Origin: a bacterium
Lineage (GTDB): Bacteria; CLD3; SB21
Direction of reading: 5' to 3'
Assembly: GCA_013360215.1 (NCBI GenBank)
Contig: JABWCP010000008.1
Span: 62,001 to 126,000 of the forward strand
DNA: 64,000 nucleotides
Shown: positions 28,614 through 39,170 of the stretch, one piece after another
How the letters are laid out: each line of letters opens with the position of its first letter
How positions within the stretch are numbered: position 1 is the stretch's first letter
The notes under the pieces: generated by a model
Database searches by the model: none
The model's input: only the letters and a program-made list of their open reading frames with translations
What the model was told of the DNA's origin: nothing
Position numbers and translations under genes: made by a program

Positions 28614-29753
28614 ATGTCACATTGCCAATGCCAACATACGCCGGATCCGCGCCGAGAAGGTCTGCGTGATTTACTTGCAGAAAATGTTCTCTCCGACTGG
28701 CTCAAACGAGACACCGAATGGGACTATCTGCGTGCGACGCCGTCGCTCGAAAATGTCATGCGCTGGAGTCAGTACCGCGATGACCATACGTCGGTACGAC
28801 CTGATCCCAAAGCAACAGCCGCTGATCACGTGTTAGAACAATCCATGGATCGCCGTTCTGCCTTACAAAATATGGCCGCGGCATTCGTCGCCGGCTTAGG
28901 ATTACTGCAAACCGCCTGCAATCCGCTTGCTCCGGCAGAAGATCGTGAAAAAGCACAACTGGCGTGGGATGATTATTTTCAGGGCAATTTTCGGATGATG
29001 AGTGACGCGGAAAAAAGAGAGGCCGTTAGCCGTCTGGAACGCATGTATGAAATGCATACCGGAAAACACGCACACATTTCCGATCAGGGCCCGATTCCCG
29101 GCGTACTTTACGGTTATGCATTCAATATTTCCAAGTGTCGCGGTTATCTGGAGTGTATCCGCGGATGCATCAAAGAAAATAATCAGGATCGCCGTTCCGG
29201 TATGCAGTACATCACCGTGCACGAACATAAAAAGGGCCGGATGGACTTTAGCGATGCACCGGACAATTTTTATCACGAAGTCCCGATGGAAGGTCATTTT
29301 TATATCGGCACGCAATGCATGCACTGCGAAAACCCGCCCTGTGTGGACGTTTGCCCTGTTCAAGCAACATGGAAAGAACAAGACGGCATCGTCGTAGTGG
29401 ACTATAACTGGTGCATCGGTTGCCGCTATTGCGCCGCAGCGTGCCCTTATGATGCGCGCCGTTTTAACTGGCAGGATCCGGTCGTACCGGAAAATGAGGT
29501 CAATCTTAATCAACACTATCTCGGTAACCGCCTTCGCAAAAAAGGCGTGATGGAAAAATGCACGTTTTGCATTCAGCGTACCCGTAACGGGAAAAATCCG
29601 GCTTGCGTCGAAGCATGCCCCACCGGCGCACGTATCTTTGGTAATTTGCTCGACCCTTCCAGCGAAATCCGCTGGGTTCTTGCCAATAAAAAAGTATTTC
29701 GACTAAAAGAAGATTTGGGAACCGAACCCAAATTCTGGTACTTCATGGATTAG
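28614..29753 (+). CDS. NrfC/DmsB/PsrB-family FeS protein with an internal twin-arginine-like segment
   Basis: CRGYLECIRGC, CMHCENPPCVDVCP, CIGCRYCAAACP and CTFC...CVEACP; MDRRSALQ...LQTAC. Confidence 0.88.
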   Translation: MSHCQCQHTPDPRREGLRDLLAENVLSDWLKRDTEWDYLRATPSLENVMRWSQYRDDHTSVRPDPKATAADHVLEQSMDRRSALQNMAAAFVAGLGLLQTACNPLAPAEDREKAQLAWDDYFQGNFRMMSDAEKREAVSRLERMYEMHTGKHAHISDQGPIPGVLYGYAFNISKCRGYLECIRGCIKENNQDRRSGMQYITVHEHKKGRMDFSDAPDNFYHEVPMEGHFYIGTQCMHCENPPCVDVCPVQATWKEQDGIVVVDYNWCIGCRYCAAACPYDARRFNWQDPVVPENEVNLNQHYLGNRLRKKGVMEKCTFCIQRTRNGKNPACVEACPTGARIFGNLLDPSSEIRWVLANKKVFRLKEDLGTEPKFWYFMD

Positions 29754-29756
29754 ACT

Positions 29757-31052
29757 ATGGAACATCTTGTTACGCCTGATCTGCCGCATCAAGCGGGAAA
29801 AATAACCGATGACATCCGTCCCGTCATCGCGCGTTCGTTTATTCGCGACGCGTTTGACAGCATCACACGCGGGAGGCCCGGTTATCATATCTGGATGGGC
29901 ATACTGACATTTTTTATGTTGGCCGGCGCCTATGCTTACTCCGTGCAGTTAAGCGAAGGCTTGGCCGTCACGGGTATGAACGATCGCGTGAGTTGGGGTT
30001 TTTATATTTCCAATTTCACCTTTCTTGTCGGTGTGGCGGCGGCCGCGGTGATGCTGGTGTTACCGACGTACATTCTCAAGGATGTTGATTTTTCTAAAGC
30101 CGTCCTGATCGGTGAAGGTCTCGCCGTTTCGGCGCTGATCATGTGTCTTGCTTTTGTGACAGTTGACCTCGGCGGCCCGGGTCGTGCATGGCACTTGATC
30201 CCCGGCATCGGTCGCTTCAACTGGCCAAGCTCAATGCTTACGTGGGACGTACTTGTACTCAACGGTTATTTATTTCTCAATCTTACAATCCCGTTTTACA
30301 TTCTGATGTGCCATTATCAGGGAAAGCATCCCAATCCCAAAGTTTATGTACCCGGTGTCATTATCAGCGTATTCTGGGCGTTCTGTATTCACTTAGTTAC
30401 GGCATTTCTGTACGCCGGTTTGCCGGCGCGACCGTTTTGGAATTCATCGCTTTTAGGTCCGCGATTTTTGGCGTCGGCTTTTGCGGCCGGTCCGGCGCTA
30501 ATCATCATTGTTTTATCCGTCATTCGCCGCTATACGACATATAAGGTTGAAAATGTAACACTGGGAAAAATAGCACTGATCGTAACCGTCGCCGCACAAA
30601 TCAATTTGATCATGCTCGGTTCCGAACTTTTTAAGGAATTTTACAAACCGACGCATCACAGCGAAAGCGCCGTCTATCTGTTCTTCGGATTACATGGTTT
30701 CGGTGCGCTAAAGCCGTGGATATGGACAGCCATCGGATTAAATCTTATTGCTACCGCCATTCTTACACTGAATCCGTTACGCAGTAATCACAAATGGCTT
30801 TTGCCCGCATGCGCTTTGCTTTTTCTAAGCATCTGGATCGAAAAAGGAATGGGTTTGATCATTCCGGGATTTATTCCCGGACCGTGGGGTAAAATCGTCG
30901 AATATGCTCCGACGTGGGTTGAAATTTTCGTCGCGCTCGGTATTTGGGCGATGGGCATGTTTATTTTTACATTGCTCGTCAAGATCGCTATTCCCATCGA
31001 AACCGGTGTTCTGCGATATCAGCCTGCGAAACCTTCACAAACCAAAAATTAA
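29757..31052 (+). CDS. NrfD/PsrC-family (DsrP/QrcD-like) membrane subunit
   Basis: GLAVTGMNDRVSWGFYISNFTFLVG, VDLGGP, SMLTWD and YAPTWVE; about 10 TM segments. Confidence 0.88.
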   Translation: MEHLVTPDLPHQAGKITDDIRPVIARSFIRDAFDSITRGRPGYHIWMGILTFFMLAGAYAYSVQLSEGLAVTGMNDRVSWGFYISNFTFLVGVAAAAVMLVLPTYILKDVDFSKAVLIGEGLAVSALIMCLAFVTVDLGGPGRAWHLIPGIGRFNWPSSMLTWDVLVLNGYLFLNLTIPFYILMCHYQGKHPNPKVYVPGVIISVFWAFCIHLVTAFLYAGLPARPFWNSSLLGPRFLASAFAAGPALIIIVLSVIRRYTTYKVENVTLGKIALIVTVAAQINLIMLGSELFKEFYKPTHHSESAVYLFFGLHGFGALKPWIWTAIGLNLIATAILTLNPLRSNHKWLLPACALLFLSIWIEKGMGLIIPGFIPGPWGKIVEYAPTWVEIFVALGIWAMGMFIFTLLVKIAIPIETGVLRYQPAKPSQTKN

Positions 31053-31056
31053 ACGT

Positions 31057-31398
31057 ATGCCACGCGTTACAAAAAAGAATACACCAAAACGTGCTATCCC
31101 AAAACGTTTCCAGCGTTTTCTGAAGGAGTATCCCGAAGTCGGTAAAGCCTATTCGGCATTGAGTCATGCCGTACAAGATGCCGGCCCGCTAAATGAAAAA
31201 ACCCGAACGTTGATCAAGATCGGTATTTCTGCTGGTTCGCGTCAGGAAGGAGCGCTCCATTCCCATGTACGCAAAGCGCTTGATGCAGGCGCTACGCCGG
31301 AAGAAATTCGCCACACCATTCTCCAATGCCTTCCTACCATCGGTTTTCCAGGCATGATGGCCGCCATGAGCTGGGCGGATGATATTTTGAACGGATAA
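31057..31398 (+). CDS. Carboxymuconolactone decarboxylase (CMD/AhpD-like) family protein
   Basis: GPLNEKTRTLIKI...LHSHVRKALDAGATPEEI...TIGFP; ATG at 31057. Confidence 0.85.
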   Translation: MPRVTKKNTPKRAIPKRFQRFLKEYPEVGKAYSALSHAVQDAGPLNEKTRTLIKIGISAGSRQEGALHSHVRKALDAGATPEEIRHTILQCLPTIGFPGMMAAMSWADDILNG

Positions 31399-31676
31399 GC
31401 CTATCAAAAAAACTTCGCCGAAATCCGTTCCGCACCAACTTTGCTTCTTTATTTTCATCATGATTTTTTGATCTAATGTTTTATTATGTGGCTTCAAAAA
31501 TTTGCCACTCAAACAGAATCCAATCCAACCCTTAAACTACTCTAATCTCAATTGCCTGCCTCTTTGCAGTAAACATCAAAGCGCAAAAATACTTTACTAT
31601 GTCGTAACGGTATGGCACTGCACTTGATTATCTGAAAAACTATCCTCAGATTCCTCCAAAAACAAAGGGAAAAAGA

Positions 31677-32678
31677 ATGCCCGGCACCGTACGCATTGAA
31701 GTTTTGACAAGCGAAGTTTTGCAAAACAACCCGCTCAATGATCCGCACCAGCGCAAATTGGTCGTGTATTTGCCGCCTTCCTATATGACAGACCCCAGCC
31801 GGCGGTTCCCGGTTATTTACCTCTTGAGCGGATTTATGGGCTACGGTACGATGATGCTGTCACCGCAAGCCTGGGGTTATGCGATAGACGAACGTTGTGA
31901 TAAACTCATCGCCGAACACGCGATGGAAGAATGCATCGTCGTCATGCCGGATTGTTTTACCCGTTGGGGCGGTGCGCAGTATATGAATTCGCCCGCCACC
32001 GGCAATTATGAAGATTATATCATTCGCGAAATCATCCCGTACATAGATCGTACATTTAGCACACAGACCGAGCGAAATCACCGGGGTATCATGGGCAAAT
32101 CCAGCGGCGGATTTGGTGCGCTACGTCTTGCCGTAAACTACCCGGAATTATTTTCCGCTTTTTTTTGCAGCGCCGGCGATATGTATTTCGAATACGGATA
32201 CAAACCCGATATTCCCAAAACCTACAATGCACTGTATAAAACCGGTGGCCTGGACGGATTTTTAAAAAAATTTTTTGAAGCCCCAAAAAAATCCGGCGAA
32301 CAGATCACGGCTATCAATATCATCGCCATGGCGGCGGCTTATTCGCCGCAAGCATCCGAACCTTACGGTATCGAATTGCCTTTTGATCTGCAAACCGGCG
32401 CGCTCAAAGAGACCGTATGGCAACGCTGGCTCGCCCACGATCCGGTTTTTTGCGTGGATCAAAAAGCCTGGCGCGAGAATCTTTCTAAGATCAATCATGT
32501 TTTTTTAGATTGTGGTGCCCGTGATGAATACCATCTTCACATCGGTGCGCGTATATTTACGGATAAACTTCGTAACTATAGTATCCCGCATTGGTATGAA
32601 GAATTTGACGACGGCCACATGGGTACAAGTTATCGTTATGACGTATCACTTTCCAAATTAAGCCGGAGTATTGCATGA
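31677..32678 (+). CDS. Alpha/beta-hydrolase putative esterase
   Basis: VYLPPSY, GKSSGG nucleophile elbow, DCGARDE and DGH. Confidence 0.88.
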   Translation: MPGTVRIEVLTSEVLQNNPLNDPHQRKLVVYLPPSYMTDPSRRFPVIYLLSGFMGYGTMMLSPQAWGYAIDERCDKLIAEHAMEECIVVMPDCFTRWGGAQYMNSPATGNYEDYIIREIIPYIDRTFSTQTERNHRGIMGKSSGGFGALRLAVNYPELFSAFFCSAGDMYFEYGYKPDIPKTYNALYKTGGLDGFLKKFFEAPKKSGEQITAINIIAMAAAYSPQASEPYGIELPFDLQTGALKETVWQRWLAHDPVFCVDQKAWRENLSKINHVFLDCGARDEYHLHIGARIFTDKLRNYSIPHWYEEFDDGHMGTSYRYDVSLSKLSRSIA

Positions 32679-34969
32679 AATCATTGTTTTTTATTTTTGT
32701 TTTTGGCTTTTCCGGCTTGGTATCCGCGCAATCACTGCCGGTAACATTGTGGCTGGATGTACAAATCCAAGAACCGCTCGCATCCGACTCCAATGCATGG
32801 ACGGCACGGGCGCTCCACCGTTCTCTGGCACCCGCCTTGGATAAATCCTCTTATTTCAAAATCCATCCGTCCGCAAACGGAGCACCCGAATATTATGACG
32901 GCGTCATCCGTGTCGTGTGCGGTTATGAAAAAAATGAACTTCGCTTTCAGATGACCGTGCGCGATACACTGCATAGCCTTCAAAAAGATTTTTCATATAA
33001 AACCAAACCGGGACAACTTCGTGCGACGCATGAAAAAATGATGACCGATATTTTTTCATCCTTTAATATCGCCGATAAAAAAGCCCTCGAAACGGTAAAA
33101 AAAGATTTACAAAATATTCGCTCCGATGAAGCGTACACGATGCTTCAGCAAGCGTTTGCCGCATGGTCGGATACGCGAACCGCAGACAGCTGGATACAAA
33201 AAGCGTTACAAAAGGAACCGCGCGCTTCGCTCTTGTACGAACGCGCCGGTGAATTGGCCGCGGCGCGCAACGAATACGATGCCGCCATTAGTTATTATCA
33301 CAAAACTCTCGAGCTGGATTCGGCGCGCTTTTATATCTATCGAAAAATAGCGGATGTGCACTACGATCATAAAAACAATCTCAAGTCGGCAAAGGCTAAT
33401 TATTTTGAAGCCACGCACCGCGATCCGACAGACGCTGCAAGTTGGTTACAATTGGGTTACTGCGCTTATCTGGAAAAAGATTATACGATTGCACGTAACT
33501 ACGCCAATAAAGCCGTCGAAGTATGGCAGAAAAAATTCGGTAAAACCGTTTACCGGGAAACCGCTACGGCATGGAATCTGATCGGTAATGTCGCGGTCGC
33601 CGAACGTGATACAGCCGGTGCGCGCGAATATTTCGAAAAAGCAACGAACACCAATCCGTATGATATCATGGCGCGCAAAAACCTGGCGCGTTTATACGAA
33701 TTTGACCGCCGCTGGGACAAAGCCGTATCCATGTACGGTCAGGTATTAACTCTGGAATCGCAAGACATCACCGCGCGATTATCCTTGGCCAATCTCATGT
33801 ATCAGAAAAAACGGTATGTTGACGCCGCACGGTATTATGTCAGTGCCGTGATGATAAAACCCGAGTCAGAAAACCAACGTGAGAATCCGATACAAATCCT
33901 GCAGTGGATGTCCGCCAACCGCAAAGACATCAAACCTCTGCAAACACTGATGGATTCCGTAGATGAACGCATTCTTGACGACGCCACCGATCCCAAAAAG
34001 CAGTTCGAACTGCGCATCACTTCCGGTTATGTATATTTGTATTATTTGCAAAAACCCACCGAAGCCATCCATGAATTCAAATCCGCGCAATCGTTGAACC
34101 CGCGCGCATACCGGTTGGACTACTACCTCGGTGAAGCCTATTTTCAGGTCGGCTCGTATGATCTTGCATTACCTTTCCTGCGCCGCTATGCCGAGCATGC
34201 CGAAGACAGCTATACCTACGCCAAAGTATTTTTGCTGCTCGCCAAAACGCTTAACAAGCTCAAGCGGTACGAAGAAGCGCAAATCGAAATCATCAAAAGC
34301 ATTCGTGTATACCCCAATGCCGAATCGTATTACGTTCAAGGTATCGCGTTTCGCGGCACACAAAACAACGAAGAAGCTGTTCGCGCATTTGAACGGGCCG
34401 TCAAAGTATTTCCCAACTACACACAGGCGCATTACGAATTAGGCCGCGCCCACATGGCGCTTCGCAAATACGACAAAGCGCTCCCGGAGCTACAAAAAGC
34501 GGTCGAACTGGATTCGTCCAACTATCAGTACCGCCAGACTCTCGCACGCTGGTACAGCACGCTCGAGCGATGGGAAGAGGCCGATGCGACGCTGGCTGCG
34601 ACGGAGCGACGAATGTTAAGCGCCGGTGTCAAAGACCCCACGGTGTATGAAGATTGGGGCGAGCAGTATTTTCAGCAAAAGAAATACGATGTTGCCTCGC
34701 AAAAATATACTCTCGCCTACGGCGCCGATACGACGACGATCCAGGCTTGTTTTCGATTGGCCAGTATCGCCGCATCCCAGCATGACGGCACGTCCGCCCT
34801 GCGATGGCTGAGTCGTGCTTTCAGAAATCGTTTTGTGGACTTTAACGCGTTGCTCAAGGATAAAAACTTTAACGCCTTGCGTCAGACTCCCGAATATGTC
34901 GAACTGGTCGGCACCTATGAACGCGCTTACAACGAAGAAGTACAGAAAAAAATAAATTTGACCCGATAG
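32675..34969 (+). CDS. Large secreted TPR-repeat protein
   Basis: Signal peptide, many TPRs and a terminal ALRWLSRAF...DKNFNALRQTPEY module. Confidence 0.85.
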   Translation: MKSLFFIFVFGFSGLVSAQSLPVTLWLDVQIQEPLASDSNAWTARALHRSLAPALDKSSYFKIHPSANGAPEYYDGVIRVVCGYEKNELRFQMTVRDTLHSLQKDFSYKTKPGQLRATHEKMMTDIFSSFNIADKKALETVKKDLQNIRSDEAYTMLQQAFAAWSDTRTADSWIQKALQKEPRASLLYERAGELAAARNEYDAAISYYHKTLELDSARFYIYRKIADVHYDHKNNLKSAKANYFEATHRDPTDAASWLQLGYCAYLEKDYTIARNYANKAVEVWQKKFGKTVYRETATAWNLIGNVAVAERDTAGAREYFEKATNTNPYDIMARKNLARLYEFDRRWDKAVSMYGQVLTLESQDITARLSLANLMYQKKRYVDAARYYVSAVMIKPESENQRENPIQILQWMSANRKDIKPLQTLMDSVDERILDDATDPKKQFELRITSGYVYLYYLQKPTEAIHEFKSAQSLNPRAYRLDYYLGEAYFQVGSYDLALPFLRRYAEHAEDSYTYAKVFLLLAKTLNKLKRYEEAQIEIIKSIRVYPNAESYYVQGIAFRGTQNNEEAVRAFERAVKVFPNYTQAHYELGRAHMALRKYDKALPELQKAVELDSSNYQYRQTLARWYSTLERWEEADATLAATERRMLSAGVKDPTVYEDWGEQYFQQKKYDVASQKYTLAYGADTTTIQACFRLASIAASQHDGTSALRWLSRAFRNRFVDFNALLKDKNFNALRQTPEYVELVGTYERAYNEEVQKKINLTR

Positions 34970-34977
34970 GAGATGCG

Positions 34978-35802
34978 GTGGAATCTTCACACGAAACCGA
35001 AAAAATAGTATTGGATGATGACGCTTCGACAGAAGCCGTGCGTACGCAGTTTGGCCGCCTGTACAATATCATGCGTGAGTTGCGTGCCAAATGCCCTTGG
35101 GATAAAGAACAAACGCACGCCTCACTGCGACAGTACCTTTTGGAAGAAGCCTACGAGACCCTCGAAGCCTTAGATGAAAATAATTATACCGAGCTGCGCA
35201 AAGAAATGGGCGATCTCATGCTGCAAATTCTTTTTCATTCGCGCATTGCCTCCGAAAACAATCATTTCGATCTGGTGGATGTATTGCGAACCATCAACGA
35301 TAAACTGATTCGCCGCCATCCGCACGTATTCGGTGACATCGAAGCCAAAACCGCCGATAAAGTGCTGGAGAATTGGGAACAGATCAAACTCAAAGAAGCC
35401 GGCCGCACCTCGGTATTGGACGGTGTGCCCAAAGTTTTACCCGCACTGGTACGGGCGTATCGCGTACAGGAAAAAGCCTCACGTGTCGGTTTTGACTGGG
35501 GTCACGTGGACGAAGTATGGAAAAAAGTACACGAAGAAGTAAAAGAATTAGAAGAAGCCGCACGATCCGGACAACTTCAAAAAATGGAAGATGAGCTCGG
35601 TGACGTACTTTTTTCCGTCGTTAATCTCGCACGTTTTATGCCCATCAATCCCGAAGATGCGCTCCGCGGTACGATCGAAAAATTTACCCGCCGTTTTCAA
35701 TATGTCGAACGGAAGTATGCCGAAAATCAAAAGGATATGAAAACCGCTACGCTCGAAGAAATGGACCAATATTGGGATGAAGCGAAACGACTCGGCTACT
35801 GA
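34978..35802 (+). CDS. mazG: Nucleoside triphosphate pyrophosphohydrolase MazG
   Basis: CPWDKEQT, EEAYE, KLIRRHPHVFG and ELGDVLFS. Confidence 0.95.
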   Translation: MESSHETEKIVLDDDASTEAVRTQFGRLYNIMRELRAKCPWDKEQTHASLRQYLLEEAYETLEALDENNYTELRKEMGDLMLQILFHSRIASENNHFDLVDVLRTINDKLIRRHPHVFGDIEAKTADKVLENWEQIKLKEAGRTSVLDGVPKVLPALVRAYRVQEKASRVGFDWGHVDEVWKKVHEEVKELEEAARSGQLQKMEDELGDVLFSVVNLARFMPINPEDALRGTIEKFTRRFQYVERKYAENQKDMKTATLEEMDQYWDEAKRLGY

Positions 35803-35843
35803 GATGAACCTTCCATTTTAAAAACACGAAATTTTATCAACGC

Positions 35844-36485
35844 ATGCATCATTCTACTTTTTCTCCCGATCGCGAATTCCTTGTTACCGACGAGGACACA
35901 CTAAAAAAATTATACGGCACGCCCAGCGAAGCATCGCTCGCTAAAGAAACCGATTACATTCATCCGCATTATCGCCGATTTATCGAGGTGTCGCCTTTTT
36001 TTGTATTAGCGACCTCCGGCCCGGACGGGCCTGATGCGTCACCGCGCGGGGATAAACCGGGTTTTGTGACTGTAGAAAATGAAAAAACACTTTTGATACC
36101 GGATCGCCGCGGCAATAATCGCATGGACAGCCTGCGTAATATCATTCACAATCCTTCCGTAGCGCTTTTTTTTCTGATACCGGGTATCGGCGAATCGCTT
36201 CGTGTCAACGGGCGCGCACAGATTACCGTCGATCCGGCATGGCGATCACGATTTGAAATGGAAAACAAACTTCCGGCGACCGTTTTAATCGTTCACGTCG
36301 AAAAAGTATTTTTCCAATGCGCCCGCGCCATCCAACGTTCCGGCCTGTGGGATCCGTCTTTGCATATCACCCGCGATCAACTCCCCAGCACGGGTACTAT
36401 TTTGGAAGACTTGAGTGCGCAACGCATTACCGCCTCGGAGTATGACCGGGACTTGTATGGGCGCCAGAAAAATACGTTGTATTAA
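35844..36485 (+). CDS. Pyridoxamine 5'-phosphate oxidase-like FMN-binding protein
   Basis: DASPRGD, PDRRGNNRMDSLRN and FFQCARA. Confidence 0.87.
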   Translation: MHHSTFSPDREFLVTDEDTLKKLYGTPSEASLAKETDYIHPHYRRFIEVSPFFVLATSGPDGPDASPRGDKPGFVTVENEKTLLIPDRRGNNRMDSLRNIIHNPSVALFFLIPGIGESLRVNGRAQITVDPAWRSRFEMENKLPATVLIVHVEKVFFQCARAIQRSGLWDPSLHITRDQLPSTGTILEDLSAQRITASEYDRDLYGRQKNTLY

Positions 36486-36494
36486 TATCGAAGC

Positions 36495-37298
36495 ATGAAT
36501 ACGGAACCGCACATCGAATCGCATTTGATCGTCGAAACGCCCGAAAATATTTTTTTGGAGTTCGAATTGGCCGGCCTTGGCTCTCGTTTTTTAGCGTATT
36601 TGATTGATACGGCCATGCAGGCGATTTTTTTTATTATTTTGGTTTATGTTTTAGCCATAGCTTTCGCGTTTATCGGCGGCTTGTTACATATCGAAGAAAT
36701 TTCCGATGGATGGCGCAATGCACTTTTGGCCATCGGTATTTTCTTGCTTTATGAAGGATATTTTATTTTTTTTGAAACCGTCTGGCGCGGACAGACGATC
36801 GGAAAAAAAATCCTCCGCCTCCGCGTCGTCAAAGATGAAGGATACCCGATCACTTTCATGGATGCAGCTATTCGCAATCTGATGCGCATCGCCGATGCTT
36901 TGCCCACATGGTTTTATTTTCCCAGTTACGGGCTCGGCAGCGCGGTTTTGATCGGTAATCCGCAAGGTAAACGGCTTGGCGATTTTGCCGCCGGAACATT
37001 GGTGATCAAAGAACGTACAACGACCGGATTTGAAAACTTCGGGTTGCTGCATCTCAATCCCGAAATGGTTCGGGGTATCACGCTGCCCAATCTGAACCGG
37101 ATCAACGATGATGAGTATTTTGTGCTGCGCTCTTTTTTTTACAGAAAAAACGCATTCGAACCGATGCGTCGAATGGCGCTCGCCAAAACAATTGCGGCAC
37201 ATTTTCGTACAAAACTGAATATTTCCCAAGATGCCTGGCCCAACGATATCCGGCTTTTGGATACGATGATGTTATTAATCGAAGAAAAAAAACGATAG
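36495..37298 (+). CDS. RDD family membrane protein
   Basis: ETPE, LAGLGSRFLAYLID, GQTIGKK and KRLGDFAAGTLV. Confidence 0.9.
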   Translation: MNTEPHIESHLIVETPENIFLEFELAGLGSRFLAYLIDTAMQAIFFIILVYVLAIAFAFIGGLLHIEEISDGWRNALLAIGIFLLYEGYFIFFETVWRGQTIGKKILRLRVVKDEGYPITFMDAAIRNLMRIADALPTWFYFPSYGLGSAVLIGNPQGKRLGDFAAGTLVIKERTTTGFENFGLLHLNPEMVRGITLPNLNRINDDEYFVLRSFFYRKNAFEPMRRMALAKTIAAHFRTKLNISQDAWPNDIRLLDTMMLLIEEKKR

Positions 37299-37306
37299 AG
37301 GAAATC

Positions 37307-39076
37307 ATGAATCAACTTGTCCTGCGACTTCTTATGTTATCGGTAGTACTCCTTGGCGCATGTGCACCCAAGTCGGCGCGCGTGGAAGAATGGCTGACGT
37401 ATTACGAAAAATCCAATCACCTCGAAACCCCGCGTTATGACGAAACCGTCGCTTACCTTCAGCGCCTTGAGCAGGCCTCGCCTTGGATCAATCTGACGTA
37501 CTTCGGCGTCAGCCCGCAAGGCCGTATGAACCCGCTTGTCATCGTGGATAAGGATCGCCGTTTCAATCCCCAGGCGGCCCGCCAAAGCGGAAAGAATGTA
37601 CTTTTGATTCAAGCCGGCATTCATGCCGGTGAAATAGACGGTAAAGATGCCGGAATGATGCTGATTCGTGATCTCGTGATTTTTAAGAAAAATCCGGAAC
37701 TGCTGGATCATACCGTGATTTTATTTATGCCTTTTTTCAATGTTGACGGGCACGAGCGTTTTGGTCCGTACAACCGAATCAATCAGAACGGCCCCAAAGA
37801 AATGGGTTGGCGTACCACTGCGCAAAATCTGAACCTTAACCGCGATTACATGAAAGCCGATGCACCCGAAATGCGCGACTGGCTCAAACTGTTTCAGGCG
37901 TGGAAACCCGATATCTTATTGGATTGCCATGTCACCGACGGCGCCGATTATCGGCATGCGGTGACGTATGCTATCGATCAGTCGCAAAATCTCGCTCCGT
38001 CAGTGCGGTCGTTTACAAAAGACATCTATATGCCTGAATTGAAAAACGCCATGGCGCAATCCGGTTTTCCGATGTCACCGTATGTCAACCTCGTCGAAGA
38101 GCGCGATATCGCCCAAGGTTTGATCGGTGGCAATTCCCCGCCGCGATTTTCGACCGGTTATGCCGCTCTGCAAAACCGTATCGGTTTTTTGATCGAAACG
38201 CATATGTTCAAAGATTACAAAACCCGCGTGGACGGCACGTACAATATCATCCTGCACACCCTTGAGACCATGCATCGTCATGCACCCGAACTCAGACAAA
38301 CCATGTTGGATGGAGATGCCTCGGCGGAACGCATGACCGGATCTTATTTACCGATTACTTTCCGTTGGTCCAAAGCGGATACGATTGATTTTCTCGGATA
38401 CAATTTCCGCATGGAAAAAAGCGCCGTGACGGGCGAATCGTTTGTGTATTGGGAAAACGTGCCTATTGATTACCGCTTACCTTTTTATGATCAGGTATCA
38501 ACTACCGATTCTGCATTGGTACCGTATGCATTCATCGTTCCCCAGCAGTGGACATCCGTATTGGAAAGACTGGAAGCGCACGGGATCGTAACGGAAAAAC
38601 TGGACAGAGACCGCGATATCAAAGTGATCTCATACCGATTTTCCAATGCAAAATGGTCTGAAAATCCGTTTGAAGGCCGTTTGTCGATAAATTATAAAAC
38701 CTCCGAATCCGAAGAAACACGCCGCTTCAAAGCCGGTGACCGGATTGTGAAACTCAATCAACGCACGGCACGTGTGATCATGCATTTGCTCGAGCCACGC
38801 GCTCCTGATGCCTTAGTCCAATGGGGATTTTTTAATGCGATCTTCGAACAAAAAGAATACGGCGAAACCTATAAACTGGAACTGCTGGCGCGCGATATGC
38901 TGGCCAAAGACAGCACGCTGCGCGCAGAGTTTGAAAAACGCGTCAAAGAGGATAAAAACTTTACCGGATATAATCGGCTCAATTGGTTTTATGAACGCTC
39001 ACCATGGTGGGATAAAAATGTAAATCTGTATCCGGTGGGTAAAATATTAACCGCCGAGGATATTTCCGGATTTTAA
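37307..39076 (+). CDS. M14 zinc carboxypeptidase, lipoprotein
   Basis: LGAC lipobox, IHAGEIDG, NLNRD and DCHVTDG. Confidence 0.88.
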   Translation: MNQLVLRLLMLSVVLLGACAPKSARVEEWLTYYEKSNHLETPRYDETVAYLQRLEQASPWINLTYFGVSPQGRMNPLVIVDKDRRFNPQAARQSGKNVLLIQAGIHAGEIDGKDAGMMLIRDLVIFKKNPELLDHTVILFMPFFNVDGHERFGPYNRINQNGPKEMGWRTTAQNLNLNRDYMKADAPEMRDWLKLFQAWKPDILLDCHVTDGADYRHAVTYAIDQSQNLAPSVRSFTKDIYMPELKNAMAQSGFPMSPYVNLVEERDIAQGLIGGNSPPRFSTGYAALQNRIGFLIETHMFKDYKTRVDGTYNIILHTLETMHRHAPELRQTMLDGDASAERMTGSYLPITFRWSKADTIDFLGYNFRMEKSAVTGESFVYWENVPIDYRLPFYDQVSTTDSALVPYAFIVPQQWTSVLERLEAHGIVTEKLDRDRDIKVISYRFSNAKWSENPFEGRLSINYKTSESEETRRFKAGDRIVKLNQRTARVIMHLLEPRAPDALVQWGFFNAIFEQKEYGETYKLELLARDMLAKDSTLRAEFEKRVKEDKNFTGYNRLNWFYERSPWWDKNVNLYPVGKILTAEDISGF

Positions 39077-39170
39077 TGAGGCCTACACAAATGTGTAGTG
39101 TTTGAAACATAGTTCGCTTTATTGCGTTGTGGATTGCACATAACACTATAACAACAAATAAAAGGAACAC

